Shown: positions 20,372 to 31,354, counted from the first letter of the stretch. The stretch: DNA of 64,000 bases from Gemmatimonadales bacterium (GCA_037189525.1 JBBCJC010000001.1:288001-352000); one strand, 5' to 3'. Notes: a model not told the origin generated them from the letters alone. Made by a program: numbers and translations.

Positions 20372-21052
20372 ATGACGCGCCGTCCCGCCCGTATCGCCCC
20401 TTCCGTGCTCTCGGCGGACCTGGGACATCTGGCAGAGCAGATCAAAGAACTCGAGGCCGGTGACGCCGACTGGATCCATATCGATGTCATGGACGGTCAC
20501 TTCGTTCCGAATCTGACCTTCGGGGCGCCGCTGATCAAAGCGCTGCGCAAGCTGACCGACCTGCCGCTCGACGTCCACCTGATGGTCGAGCGGCCCGAGC
20601 AGTACATCGCCGAATATGCGGCGCTCGGCGCCAACGTGTTCACCTTCCATCCGGAAGCCACGATTCACGTCCAGCGCCAACTGGCGGCCGTGCGCGATGC
20701 CGGCATGCAGGCCGGCCTCGCCCTCAACCCCGCCACGCCCCTGTCGGCCATCGAAGAGGTCATTCCGGATCTCGACCTGGTGCTGGTGATGTCGGTCAAT
20801 CCCGGTTTCGGCGGACAGAGCTACATCCCGAGCGCCACGGGCAAGATTGCCCGGATTCGCCGGTTGCTCGACGAGGCCGGGAGCTCTGCGGTGCTCGAAG
20901 TGGATGGCGGTGTCACCATCCACACGATCGGCGCCGCATATCACGCGGGGGCAGACACCTTCGTGGCGGGTACTGCAGTATTCGGCGCGGCGCGAATCGA
21001 CGGCGCCATTCGGCTCCTCAAGTCTTCCTGCACATCCGGGAGCTCGGCCTGA
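20372..21052 (+). CDS. rpe: Ribulose-phosphate 3-epimerase
   Basis: IAPSVLSAD, HIDVMDGHFVPNLTFG, MSVNPGFGGQ, VDGG. Confidence 0.96.
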   Translation: MTRRPARIAPSVLSADLGHLAEQIKELEAGDADWIHIDVMDGHFVPNLTFGAPLIKALRKLTDLPLDVHLMVERPEQYIAEYAALGANVFTFHPEATIHVQRQLAAVRDAGMQAGLALNPATPLSAIEEVIPDLDLVLVMSVNPGFGGQSYIPSATGKIARIRRLLDEAGSSAVLEVDGGVTIHTIGAAYHAGADTFVAGTAVFGAARIDGAIRLLKSSCTSGSSA

Positions 21053-21065
21053 GCCCAGCTCCCGG
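21036..21065. terminator. Hairpin between convergent rpe and phoX
   Basis: CCGGGAGCT...AGCTCCCGG 9-bp inverted repeat; no U-tract. Confidence 0.35.
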
Positions 21066-21088
21066 CAGGCGCGCATACTGCCGTTGAA

Positions 21089-22537
21089 TCAGAGCGGGCC
21101 GCGCAACCAGGGTCCCCACAGCGCATAGGTTGCGCTTGGGCGGGTACCTCGGGTCGACGTATCGCCCTGGATATTGAAGAACAGGACCTCGCCGTCCGAG
21201 CTGAAGCAGACGCCGGCAAACTCGCGCGGCGGCAGTTGGCCTTCGCGGATCGGCTGGCGGACCAGATCGATGATCCGACCGCTCCGGTCGAGCCCGCGCA
21301 GGAAGAGAGCACCCCCTCCGTCTTCGCAGATCACCAGCCCGCCACGCGGTGTCGTGCAGATGTTGTCCGGCGCGTTGAGCACCTCGGCCGCGGGCGACTC
21401 GAAGACGAGGGTCAGTTCTCCCTCCGCAGCTGACAAGGGCCGGTAGAAAAAGACCTGGCCGGCGCGGGCATCGCCGCCGTTGGTGGAGACCAGGTAGATG
21501 CCGCCGTCTCCGTACCAGGCGCCTTCGAGACGCGCAAAGATGGCTGCACCCTTGGCCAGACCTTCACGGAATACGGTTGTCGGGTCGGTTTCGGCGGCCT
21601 CCGGATCAGGCGCCTCGATGTCCACCCAGGTCACCGGCAGGCTCATGCCCGCCGTCTGTCCCCGTGCCGTCAGATACCGCGGACGATCCTGTACCGCCAG
21701 AATCTGCAGCCGCCCTCCCTCAGCCAGTTCCCCGGCGCGCTTCGGAATAAAGCGGTAGAAGCCGGCGCCCGGTCGGTCCGCACGTTCGGGGTCGTACCAG
21801 GCGTCCTCCGTTTCGTAGACGATGCCGGTGGCGGGGTCGACGGCAATCGCTTCGTGAACGAAACGGCCCATCTCCCGAAGTGCAATCGGTTCGACCGGCT
21901 CCGTTGCAGCGGCCGGCACTTCGAAGACATAGCCGTGCGGCCGGTCGAAGCCGTGGGTCGGACCGGCGCAGTTCTCCTCGCAACTGAGCCACGATCCCCA
22001 GGGCGTCGGACCGCCGGCGCAGTTGACCCGAGTCCCGGCCAGCGACACGTACTCGTCGATCACCTCGATCCGGCGGGTGGCCCCCGCCCCGCGAATCCGT
22101 ACTTCCAGCGACGTCGTCCCGCCGGTCGCCTTCGGGTCGTAGCACCGCGCTGCCAATGCGGGAGCGGCACCGGCGGGGTCGCCCATCTCGTGATTGCGAA
22201 TCAAGCGGACGTTCCCATTCGGCAACCGGAACGACGCCATGCCATCGAAGGCGTTGGGAATGATCAAATCGGGGCGGGCTGCCGCGGGCTTGAGCGCCTC
22301 GCTGATCCGCATCACGTGAAAGTGTTCCGGAATTTCCAACTCGGGACAGGTTGGGCTTTGGCGGAGTTCACCGTATCCCACGGCCCGCTGAAAGGCCTGT
22401 CGTCGCGCCGTGGCGGCGCGGGCCAGCGAGGGGGTGGCAGAGTTCCAGGCCGCCAGCCCAGCAAGCGACGGCGCGACCAGGGCGGCGGCGCCCGTTCTCG
22501 TCAGGGCCGAGAGAAAGGTCCTTCTGCGGAGCGTCAT
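21089..22537 (-). CDS. phoX: PhoX-family (DUF839) alkaline phosphatase, Tat-exported
   Basis: Tat signal MTLRRRTFLS; DGMA, RNHE, NCAGGPTPWGSWLSCEE, GRFVHEA, RLEGAW, PDNI, EDG. Confidence 0.85.
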   Translation of the reverse strand: MTLRRRTFLSALTRTGAAALVAPSLAGLAAWNSATPSLARAATARRQAFQRAVGYGELRQSPTCPELEIPEHFHVMRISEALKPAAARPDLIIPNAFDGMASFRLPNGNVRLIRNHEMGDPAGAAPALAARCYDPKATGGTTSLEVRIRGAGATRRIEVIDEYVSLAGTRVNCAGGPTPWGSWLSCEENCAGPTHGFDRPHGYVFEVPAAATEPVEPIALREMGRFVHEAIAVDPATGIVYETEDAWYDPERADRPGAGFYRFIPKRAGELAEGGRLQILAVQDRPRYLTARGQTAGMSLPVTWVDIEAPDPEAAETDPTTVFREGLAKGAAIFARLEGAWYGDGGIYLVSTNGGDARAGQVFFYRPLSAAEGELTLVFESPAAEVLNAPDNICTTPRGGLVICEDGGGALFLRGLDRSGRIIDLVRQPIREGQLPPREFAGVCFSSDGEVLFFNIQGDTSTRGTRPSATYALWGPWLRGPL

Positions 22538-22641
22538 GAGCCATCCTTCGCATCTGCGTTCGGTAACTAGCTTGCTGCGCTGGAACGTCGACTTCTGGAA
22601 CTCCAATCCATCGCAATCAATATAGAGGCGACATCGGCCGA

Positions 22642-22699
22642 GTTACCCGACCGTGACCGGATCGGCCCGCCCCATACGGCGCCGATACACAGCTGTGAC
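22642..22699 (-). promoter_or_regulatory. Pho-box-like 11-bp-spaced half-site pairs in the phoX / TonB receptor divergent region
   Basis: Minus strand GTCAC-N6-GTAAC (22657-22642) and GTCAC-N6-GTATC (22699-22684); -10-like TATATT at 22624-22619. Confidence 0.35.
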
Positions 22700-22795
22700 G
22701 GCACCCGAGATCGTTGGTGATGTCGCTCGGGGATACTCCCGTATTCCCGCGGCGCCGCCGCCATCATCGATCCATTCCGTCCCGACTCGAGACCG

Positions 22796-25579
22796 ATGCG
22801 ACTCTCTCCCTTCCGATCGTTCCTGGCAGCCCTGCTCCTGAGCGCAGGCACTGCACCTCTCGCCGCCCAAGGGGGCCTCCTCTCGGGAACCGTGCTCGAT
22901 GACGGCAGCGGCATCGCGGTTACCGGCGCCGTCATCCGGATCGGGGCCCTCGAACGGGAAACCGTCACCGACCGGAACGGCCGCTTCGTGCTGACCGGTC
23001 TTCCGGCAGGTACGCACGTCGTGCTGGCCCGCTACATCGGGTATCAGCCGCTCGAGCGTTCCATCACGATCACGGCCGGCGCCTCCACCACGCTGGAGTT
23101 CCGCCTCGCCCCCGCCGAAACGCAGTTGGGCGATCTGATCGTGATCGGCGCCCGGGCCGGCCAGGCTGCGGCGCTCAATCAGCAGATGAACGCGCCGAAC
23201 GTGACCAACGTGATCGCGGCGGACCAGATCGGCCGCTTTCCCGATGCCAACCTCGGTGACGCCCTCAAGCGCATTCCGGGAATCAGCATCGGACTCGATC
23301 AGGGCGAAGCCCGCTTCGGATCGATCCGGGGCACCGAGCCTCGCTTCAACACGGTCATGATCAACGGCGAGCGAGTCCCGTCCGCCGAGGCCGAGGTCCG
23401 GGAGGTGCAGCTGGATCTGATCCCCGCGGACATCGTCCAAGCCGTCGAGGTCAACAAAACCCTGACCCCCGACATGGATGCCGACGCCATCGGCGGCGCC
23501 GTCAACGTCGTTACCCGGGCCGCGCCGCCGGAACGCCGGATCGCTGCGACGATCGGCGGGGGTTACAACTTCATCCGCAACAAGGCCTCGACCGTCGGCT
23601 CCGTGGTAGTGGGCAGCCGGTTCCTGGACGATCGCTTCGGCGTCATCGTCAGTGGCTCCTACTACGATCATCGCTTCGGATCCGACAACAAGGAAGGGAT
23701 CTGGAATCAGACCGACGACGGCCGGGCCTACATCGAGGAATTTGATGTCCGCCGGTACGACGTGCAGCGGACCCGTCGCTCGATCTCGGCGTCGCTGGAT
23801 TGGCGGCTGGGCGAAACGAGCACCATCATGTTCCGGTCGCTGTACAACCACCGCGACGACTGGGAAAACCGCTTCCGGCTCCGCTACGCATTCGACGAGC
23901 CCGAAGCGGACGGCACTCAAACCGCCGAGATTCGGCGGCAGACCAAAGGCGGCGGCCCGGAAAACCGCCTGAAGCAGGCCCGGCTCGAAGATCAGCGGAC
24001 CCAGAGCCACCAGCTCTCCGGTGAGCATCTGCTCGGACCGGTGACGCTGCGATGGGCCGGGAGTATTGCCCGCGCGTCGGAAACCCGTCCTGACGAGCGG
24101 TACATCGAATGGCGGGCTCAGGATGTCGCCATCCTCCCCAATTACACGAACCAGATGGAACCACAGTTCGCCGCCGTGACGCCTTCGCAGGAAGCGGCCA
24201 GTGCGTTCCGATTCCGCCGGATCGAAGTCCTCGAGAGCCTGACCGAGGACAAAGACCGCAACGCCCGCATCGACCTCGCGATCCCGATCGGGGCGGGACA
24301 AACCTCGCGGATTCAGTTCGGCGCCCGGTATCGGGGCAAGGACAAGTTCCGCGACAACCGGTTCGATCGCGCTGCGCCGGCCAACCCGGGCGAGTTCGCG
24401 TCACTGACCTCGACCCCGAGCCAGGACTACACCACCAGTCGCAACTATGCCGGGCACTACGCCTATGGCGCCTTCAGCACACCCGACTTCCTCGCCTCGT
24501 TGCCGGTGTTCGACGCCACCCGCTTTACGCTGCAGGATCAGCCGGGCGAGTACGCCGCCGGCAACTACGACGCCAGCGAATCGATCGGCGCCGGCTACGC
24601 CATGCTCGAGCAGCAGCTGGCCCGAACGGTCTCCGTGATTGCCGGCGTCCGGGTCGAGCGGACCAGTGTGAACTATCAGGGCTACGAGTTCGATATCGAT
24701 GAGGAAACGGTTCGCCAGACCCGCGGTACCCGGGCATACACCGACGTGTTGCCGAGCATCAACCTGCGTTGGGATGCCGCGCCGCATACGGTCGTTCGCG
24801 CGGCCTGGACCTCGACACTGGCTCGCCCCAACTACTACGACCTGGTTCCCTACCGGGCCATCAGTCTGGACGACAATGAGCTGGAAACGGGCAATCCGAA
24901 CCTCCAGACCACCCGGTCGATGAACTGGGACTTGATGATCGAGCGCTACTTCGAGTCGGTCGGCCTGATCTCGGTCGGGTTCTTCCACAAGTCGATCAGC
25001 GACTTCATCTTCAATTTCACCGAGTTCAATGCCGTCGATCCGGTTTCCGGCCTGACTTTTTCGCGGATCAGCCAGCCGCGCAACGGCGCATCGGCACGAC
25101 TGACCGGCGTCGAGCTGGCTGCCCAGCGGCAGCTCAACTTCCTGCCCGGCGTGCTTCGCTACCTGGGCATCTACGCCAACTATACCTTCAACTCGTCGAG
25201 CGTGTCGGGGCTGGACATCGAGGGCCGGAGTCTCGAGTCGCTGCCCCTCCTGGGCACGGCCAAGCACAACGGCAACATCTCGCTGTCGTTCGATGCTCCG
25301 CGGGTCAGCCTCCGCGCCGCCATCAACTATCAGAGCGAGTCGCTGGATGCCGGCGAGGGCGGGTACAACGAAGAGGCGTTCTTCGATCGCTGGGCCGACC
25401 GGCGGACCGACATCGACCTCAACGGGAGCGTCCGCATCCTCCCGACGATGCAGTTCTTCTTCGATGCCAACAACCTGACCAACCGGCCGCTGCGGTTCTA
25501 TCAGGGTACCCGGGGTCGGCTGATGCAGGACGAGTACTACGGCCGGCGGATTCAGACCGGACTCAAGTTCGACTTCTGA
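22796..25579 (+). CDS. TonB-dependent receptor with N-terminal carboxypeptidase-like domain
   Basis: Signal peptide, plug region ADQIGRFPDANLGDALKRIPG, VNKTLTPDMDADAIGG, GNPNL, C-terminal Phe. Confidence 0.92.
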   Translation: MRLSPFRSFLAALLLSAGTAPLAAQGGLLSGTVLDDGSGIAVTGAVIRIGALERETVTDRNGRFVLTGLPAGTHVVLARYIGYQPLERSITITAGASTTLEFRLAPAETQLGDLIVIGARAGQAAALNQQMNAPNVTNVIAADQIGRFPDANLGDALKRIPGISIGLDQGEARFGSIRGTEPRFNTVMINGERVPSAEAEVREVQLDLIPADIVQAVEVNKTLTPDMDADAIGGAVNVVTRAAPPERRIAATIGGGYNFIRNKASTVGSVVVGSRFLDDRFGVIVSGSYYDHRFGSDNKEGIWNQTDDGRAYIEEFDVRRYDVQRTRRSISASLDWRLGETSTIMFRSLYNHRDDWENRFRLRYAFDEPEADGTQTAEIRRQTKGGGPENRLKQARLEDQRTQSHQLSGEHLLGPVTLRWAGSIARASETRPDERYIEWRAQDVAILPNYTNQMEPQFAAVTPSQEAASAFRFRRIEVLESLTEDKDRNARIDLAIPIGAGQTSRIQFGARYRGKDKFRDNRFDRAAPANPGEFASLTSTPSQDYTTSRNYAGHYAYGAFSTPDFLASLPVFDATRFTLQDQPGEYAAGNYDASESIGAGYAMLEQQLARTVSVIAGVRVERTSVNYQGYEFDIDEETVRQTRGTRAYTDVLPSINLRWDAAPHTVVRAAWTSTLARPNYYDLVPYRAISLDDNELETGNPNLQTTRSMNWDLMIERYFESVGLISVGFFHKSISDFIFNFTEFNAVDPVSGLTFSRISQPRNGASARLTGVELAAQRQLNFLPGVLRYLGIYANYTFNSSSVSGLDIEGRSLESLPLLGTAKHNGNISLSFDAPRVSLRAAINYQSESLDAGEGGYNEEAFFDRWADRRTDIDLNGSVRILPTMQFFFDANNLTNRPLRFYQGTRGRLMQDEYYGRRIQTGLKFDF

Positions 25580-25608
25580 CCACGGCTCACTGCCCGGCAG
25601 TATACGCG

Positions 25609-25650
25609 CCGCCCCGTTCACCCAAGCCGTGAACGGGGCGGTTGCTTTTC
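25609..25650 (+). terminator. Intrinsic terminator
   Basis: 13-bp perfect stem CCGCCCCGTTCAC / GTGAACGGGGCGG followed by TTGCTTTTC. Confidence 0.75.
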
Positions 25651-25720
25651 GTAGGCCATTCTGCTGCCGGCCGATCGTGTTATTCTAGGAACAGCAGTCT
25701 TCCCGAGTTGTGGAGGGACA

Positions 25721-26176
25721 ATGACGCTGGTACTGCCGTTCCGGCTCAAGGTACCCGGCAAGGATGAGTTCGAAGGGATCAACGTGGTCAGCACCACGTT
25801 CCGGGTCCACGGCTTCCTTCGTTTCGACGGCTACATGCTCTCGGTCGAATGGGGCGGCGAAATCGCCATCCAGGAAGTCGGCACCAAAATTTCGGACGAG
25901 ACCGAACCGCTGCAGGACGAGCGGATCGACCTGCCGATCACCGACATCCACCGCGCCTCGCTGGCGGGTGGCTGGTTTCGGCCCCGGCTCGAACTGCAAG
26001 CCCGGCGACTCGGCGCCCTCTCCTACATTCCCACCGAGAAGCTCGGCGTGGTCAAGTTCTGGTACGACCGCTCCGAGCGGTTCAACGCAATCGCCATGGC
26101 CCAAGCTCTCGAGGAGGCCATCACATCAGGCGGTACCCGCCCGCTGATCGACGATTCCGTGATCACGCCTACCTAA
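25721..26176 (+). CDS. Hypothetical protein
   Basis: GGAGGG RBS, coding-like composition, no motif recognised. Confidence 0.7.
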   Translation: MTLVLPFRLKVPGKDEFEGINVVSTTFRVHGFLRFDGYMLSVEWGGEIAIQEVGTKISDETEPLQDERIDLPITDIHRASLAGGWFRPRLELQARRLGALSYIPTEKLGVVKFWYDRSERFNAIAMAQALEEAITSGGTRPLIDDSVITPT

Positions 26177-26328
26177 GCTCGAGCGGCACCAGAGAAAATC
26201 CATCGAGACGGCAAAAGCATACAACGGCGAGGATGACGGTTCCTGCGCCGTTTCGTCGTATGGGCAGGATAGGGGCATCGCCAAGAATTCGAGCGCCCCC
26301 GCCTTACCTAACGATTCTGGAGTTTCCC

Positions 26329-26808
26329 ATGCATCGCACCTTCCGCTCCGTCGCCCTCACGACGCTCGTCCTTTTCGGCGCCGCCTGCGGCAACGACACG
26401 GGGCCTAACGATCCGCCACCGCTTGCCAACGGGACCATGACCGCCCGGATCGACGGCTCGGCGTGGCGCGCCTCGATCACCATCGTCGCGACGTACCAGG
26501 GCGGCATCCTTGCCGTCGCCGGCGGCGACCCCGTGAGCGGTGGCACGCGCACCATCGGGTTTGCCGCCGTGGTGGCCGCGCCGGGCACCTTTCCCATTGG
26601 CGGCACCGGACCGGCCAACGGCCTCGTGACGATCGGAAGCTCGACCTGGCAGGCCGCCGCCGGAACCGGCAGCGGTTCGATCACCGTCACCGCCATCTCG
26701 GCCACCGGCGCCCGGGGCACCTTTCAGTTCAACGCTCTTCCCGTAGCCAGCACACCCGCGACCGGAACCCGCGCAATCACCGAGGGCAGCTTCGACGTGA
26801 CGTTCTGA
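26329..26808 (+). CDS. Hypothetical beta-rich lipoprotein
   Basis: GGAG RBS; MHRTFRSVALTTLVLFGAAC lipobox; MTARIDG...GTFQF...ITEGSFDVTF. Confidence 0.75.
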   Translation: MHRTFRSVALTTLVLFGAACGNDTGPNDPPPLANGTMTARIDGSAWRASITIVATYQGGILAVAGGDPVSGGTRTIGFAAVVAAPGTFPIGGTGPANGLVTIGSSTWQAAAGTGSGSITVTAISATGARGTFQFNALPVASTPATGTRAITEGSFDVTF

Positions 26809-26874
26809 CGCCGGCAGGTCACCAGAGCGGGAGACAGGGTTAGCTTTCCGGGAACTCCACCCTGTGCCGAATCC

Positions 26875-28116
<1,242 letters not shown>

Positions 28117-28229
28117 ACCGCGGCACGGCGGCAGATGCCCCCGCGGGCGAGCGTTTCCCCAGCCGGCGGCAGGAACCTGGCCCCTCCGTTGTCCGTATGG
28201 TTCTGACAGCCACTCATCCAGAGGACCCC

Positions 28230-29192
28230 ATGTCACGCTTCGCGTCGTTCCTGAGAACGGCCGGGATGCTCACCGCCCTCGCCCTCTTCGCCTGGCCCCT
28301 GTCCGCCCAACCCGCGGGCCGGCAGTCGGCCGTCCTGGTCACCGGGGCCAGCAGCGGGATCGGCCGCAAAATCGCCGAGTTGCTCGCGGCGAAAGGCCAT
28401 TTCGTCTACGCCGGCGCCCGGAAGCAGGAGGACATCGACGTGCTGAGCCGGATTCCCAACATGCAGGGCATCCGGCTCGACGTGACCTCCCCGACCGAGA
28501 TCGCGGCCGCCGTAGAGACCATCCGCGGCGCCGGGCGCGGCCTCCACGGTCTCGTCAACAACGCGGGGGTCGCCATCCTCGGTCCGCTGATCGAGGTGGA
28601 CGAGAAAGAACTGACCTGGCTGTTCGACGTGAACGTCTACGGTCCCTATCGGGTCACCAAAGCGTTCGCGCCGCTCCTGATCGAGTCCAAGGGCCGGATC
28701 ACTACGATAGGGTCGATCTCCGGCATCCTTTCGGGACCGCTCTTCGGCCCCTACAGCATGAGTAAACACGCCGTCGAAGCCTTCAACGACGCATTGGGTG
28801 TCGAGATGGCGCGATTCGGCGTCAAGGTGAGCGTGATCGAGCCGGGGAACTATCGCTCCGAGATCGGCCGGAACACGGTCGCGCAGATCGAGGCCGCCGC
28901 CGAGCGGTACCCAGGCTCGCCGTACCAGGAGCAGCTGCGCAGCATGGTCAAGGGTATGAGCAACTACGACACCTACCCCGAACCCGACGCGGTGGCCGAC
29001 GCGGCGCTGCATGCGCTGTTCGATCCCAATCCCAAGGTGCGCTACATGGTGGTGCCCGCCGCCAGGCAGGCAGAGGTGACCATCCGCAAAGCCATCGAGG
29101 AACTGGTCCAGCTCAACCAGGGGCATCAGTTCAGCTACGATCGGGACACCCTGGTTCGCATGCTCGATTCGACGCTGGCCCGGCACAAATAG
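28230..29192 (+). CDS. Short-chain dehydrogenase/reductase with N-terminal signal-like peptide
   Basis: TGASSGIG, NNAG, YSMSK, VIEPG; GAGGA RBS before ATG 28230. Confidence 0.88.
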   Translation: MSRFASFLRTAGMLTALALFAWPLSAQPAGRQSAVLVTGASSGIGRKIAELLAAKGHFVYAGARKQEDIDVLSRIPNMQGIRLDVTSPTEIAAAVETIRGAGRGLHGLVNNAGVAILGPLIEVDEKELTWLFDVNVYGPYRVTKAFAPLLIESKGRITTIGSISGILSGPLFGPYSMSKHAVEAFNDALGVEMARFGVKVSVIEPGNYRSEIGRNTVAQIEAAAERYPGSPYQEQLRSMVKGMSNYDTYPEPDAVADAALHALFDPNPKVRYMVVPAARQAEVTIRKAIEELVQLNQGHQFSYDRDTLVRMLDSTLARHK

Positions 29193-29217
29193 CAGCCCGC
29201 GAGGGCAGCGGGGGACG

Positions 29218-29256
29218 ACGGGGTTTGCGCCAAACGCGCAACCCCGTTTCCCTTTC
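29218..29256 (+). terminator. Possible intrinsic terminator
   Basis: ACGGGGTT(T)GCGC / GCGCAACCCCGT hairpin followed by TTCCCTTT. Confidence 0.45.
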
Positions 29257-29280
29257 ACCCCCCTTTCCAGGACTCAGGTC

Positions 29281-30084
29281 GTGACGATTCGTGTCTCACT
29301 CGCAGGCGCCACCGGATGGGCCGGATCGGAGTTGGCCCGCGGGATTGCCTCCGCTCCGGATCTCGAACTGGTGTCCGCCGTCGGGCGCCGCCACGCCGGG
29401 AGGCAACTCGGCGAGGTCCTCGGCGAGCCGCGTCTGACGGCGCCGGTGTACGGATCGGCGGCGGAAGCAGTGGCCCATCGGCCGGACGTCTTCGTCGAGT
29501 ACACCAAGCCCGACGGCGCCAAAGCCAACATTCTGGCAGCGCTCGAAAGCGGCGCGCATGTCGTGGTCGGCACCTCCGGCCTGACCGACGCCGACTACGC
29601 CGAGATCGATGCGGTGGCTCGGCAGCGAGCGCGCGGCGTGCTGGCCTGCGGCAACTTCTCGCTGACCGTGGTTCTGATGCAGAAATTCGCCGAGTTGGCC
29701 GCGCGACTGATTCCGCAATGGGAAATCATCGACTATGCCCACGACGACAAGCTGGATTCTCCCAGCGGTACCGCCCGAGAGTTTGCCACTCGCCTCGGAC
29801 AGGTTCGCGAGCCGAAACAGACCGTGCCGCTCGACCAGGTCCGCGGGCCCCGGGAGGCGCGGGGAGCAACCCTGCGCGGCTCGCAAGTCCATTCGATCCG
29901 GCTGCCCGGCTACACGCTGAGCACGGAGGTGCATTTCGGCCTTCCCGATCAACGGCTCTCGATCCGGCACGACGCCGGCCACAGTGCCCTGCCCTACGTG
30001 GACGGCGCCCTGATCGCGGTCCGCAAGGTAGCTACGCTGACCGGGGTCCACCGGGGCCTCGATGCCGTACTCGATCTCGGGTGA
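29281..30084 (+). CDS. dapB: DapB-like reductase with variant active site
   Basis: GATGWAG, VVGTSG, NFS, KLDSPSGTA, HSIRLPG, IRHDA; the HH motif is altered (see findings). Confidence 0.7.
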   Translation: MTIRVSLAGATGWAGSELARGIASAPDLELVSAVGRRHAGRQLGEVLGEPRLTAPVYGSAAEAVAHRPDVFVEYTKPDGAKANILAALESGAHVVVGTSGLTDADYAEIDAVARQRARGVLACGNFSLTVVLMQKFAELAARLIPQWEIIDYAHDDKLDSPSGTAREFATRLGQVREPKQTVPLDQVRGPREARGATLRGSQVHSIRLPGYTLSTEVHFGLPDQRLSIRHDAGHSALPYVDGALIAVRKVATLTGVHRGLDAVLDLG

Positions 30085-30129
30085 GCAGAGCGGCTGCCGT
30101 CCCGATCCGATCCGAGTAAGATTGACGGC

Positions 30130-30744
30130 ATGAGAGATCGGTTACCGCCCTGGCTGCAGGAATGGATCGGCGTGATCCTCCCGGTCAGCGAAGTCGTCCT
30201 GATCCTGCTGGCAGCCTGGCTGCTGCAGCAGTTCGGTCGCCGCCTGGTCCGCCGGCTCCACGAGGCGTACAACCTGCCGACGGAAATGCGGATCGCCATC
30301 CGGCGGATTGCCGCGGTGCTGATCTACGGCGCCGCGCTGCTCCTGATCCTGGGACGGCTCGGCGTTTCGGGCACCGTACTGTGGACCGCCTTTACCGGCT
30401 TCACGGCGGTCGCTGCGGTAGCGTTTTTCGCAGCCTGGAGCGTGCTGTCGAACATCTTCTGCACCATCCTGATCCTGATCACCCGACCCTTCCGGCTCAA
30501 CGACTTTATTGAGTTGCTGGAAGCGAGCGACAAGCCCGGTCTTCGCGGACGCGTGGCCGATATCAACCTGATCTATACGACACTGCAGGAACCGGACACC
30601 GGAGCGCCGGGCGCCGGCAGCGTGCTCCAGATTCCCAACAATCTGTTCTTTCAGCGCACCTTGCGCCGGTGGCGCGGTAGCGAGGTTCCGGCAGCCTGGC
30701 TTGCCGCGAAGCCCGCTCCGCCGTCCAACGCCACGGGCACATGA
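30130..30744 (+). CDS. MscS family small mechanosensitive channel
   Basis: Three TM segments, LSNIF, RPFRLNDFIE, GRVADINLIYT, IPNN. Confidence 0.85.
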   Translation: MRDRLPPWLQEWIGVILPVSEVVLILLAAWLLQQFGRRLVRRLHEAYNLPTEMRIAIRRIAAVLIYGAALLLILGRLGVSGTVLWTAFTGFTAVAAVAFFAAWSVLSNIFCTILILITRPFRLNDFIELLEASDKPGLRGRVADINLIYTTLQEPDTGAPGAGSVLQIPNNLFFQRTLRRWRGSEVPAAWLAAKPAPPSNATGT

Positions 30745-30799
30745 CCCGCACCGGTTCCGCCGCGCAGGCGACTCGCACTACCGTCAATCGAGGTGTTCC

Positions 30800-31354
30800 A
30801 TGAAGCTCACACTCGCCGCCGTTGCCCTGACCTGCTGTACCATGACTGCCGCTGCGCAGGATGCGCCCCGCTTCCAACCGAGCGGCCGCGGCACGAGTCA
30901 GGTCACCCTGATGACCTCGGACGCCAACGCGACTCCGCGGATCATCCGGCTCGATTGGGGCCAGCCGCATCTGCGCGGCCGGGCACTGCACACCGATTCT
31001 CTGGTGCCATACGACCAGATCTGGCGCACCGGCGCCAACGATGCGACGACTTTGCACACCGATTTCGACCTCACGCTCGGCAGCGCCAAGATCGCCAAGG
31101 GAAGTTATGTCGTCTTTTCCATGCCGACCCGCGCGGGGTGGCAGCTGATTCTGCAGACCAACCGGGGCCAGAGTATCGGCGGCTATCAGGCCGCCAACGA
31201 TGCCGCCCGGGTTCCGATGCGTCTTCGCACGCTCGCGGCGCCGGTGGAAGCCTTTACCATGTGGCTGGTGCCGGCGGCGAGCGGCCTCGCCGGTGAACTG
31301 CGGATGGCCTGGGGCGCCCAGGAGCTTTCCGTTCCTTGGACGGCCATGCCGTGA
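30800..31354 (+). CDS. DUF2911-like exported protein
   Basis: Signal peptide, PSGRG, WGQPHLRGR, LVPYDQIWRTGANDAT. Confidence 0.8.
   Translation: MKLTLAAVALTCCTMTAAAQDAPRFQPSGRGTSQVTLMTSDANATPRIIRLDWGQPHLRGRALHTDSLVPYDQIWRTGANDATTLHTDFDLTLGSAKIAKGSYVVFSMPTRAGWQLILQTNRGQSIGGYQAANDAARVPMRLRTLAAPVEAFTMWLVPAASGLAGELRMAWGAQELSVPWTAMP

Noticed and set aside
26185..26262. Vague resemblance to a c-di-GMP-I riboswitch (AAAATCCATCGAGA...GCAAAAGC)
   Set aside because: The GNRA-capped P2 pairing and the conserved P3 elements are missing.
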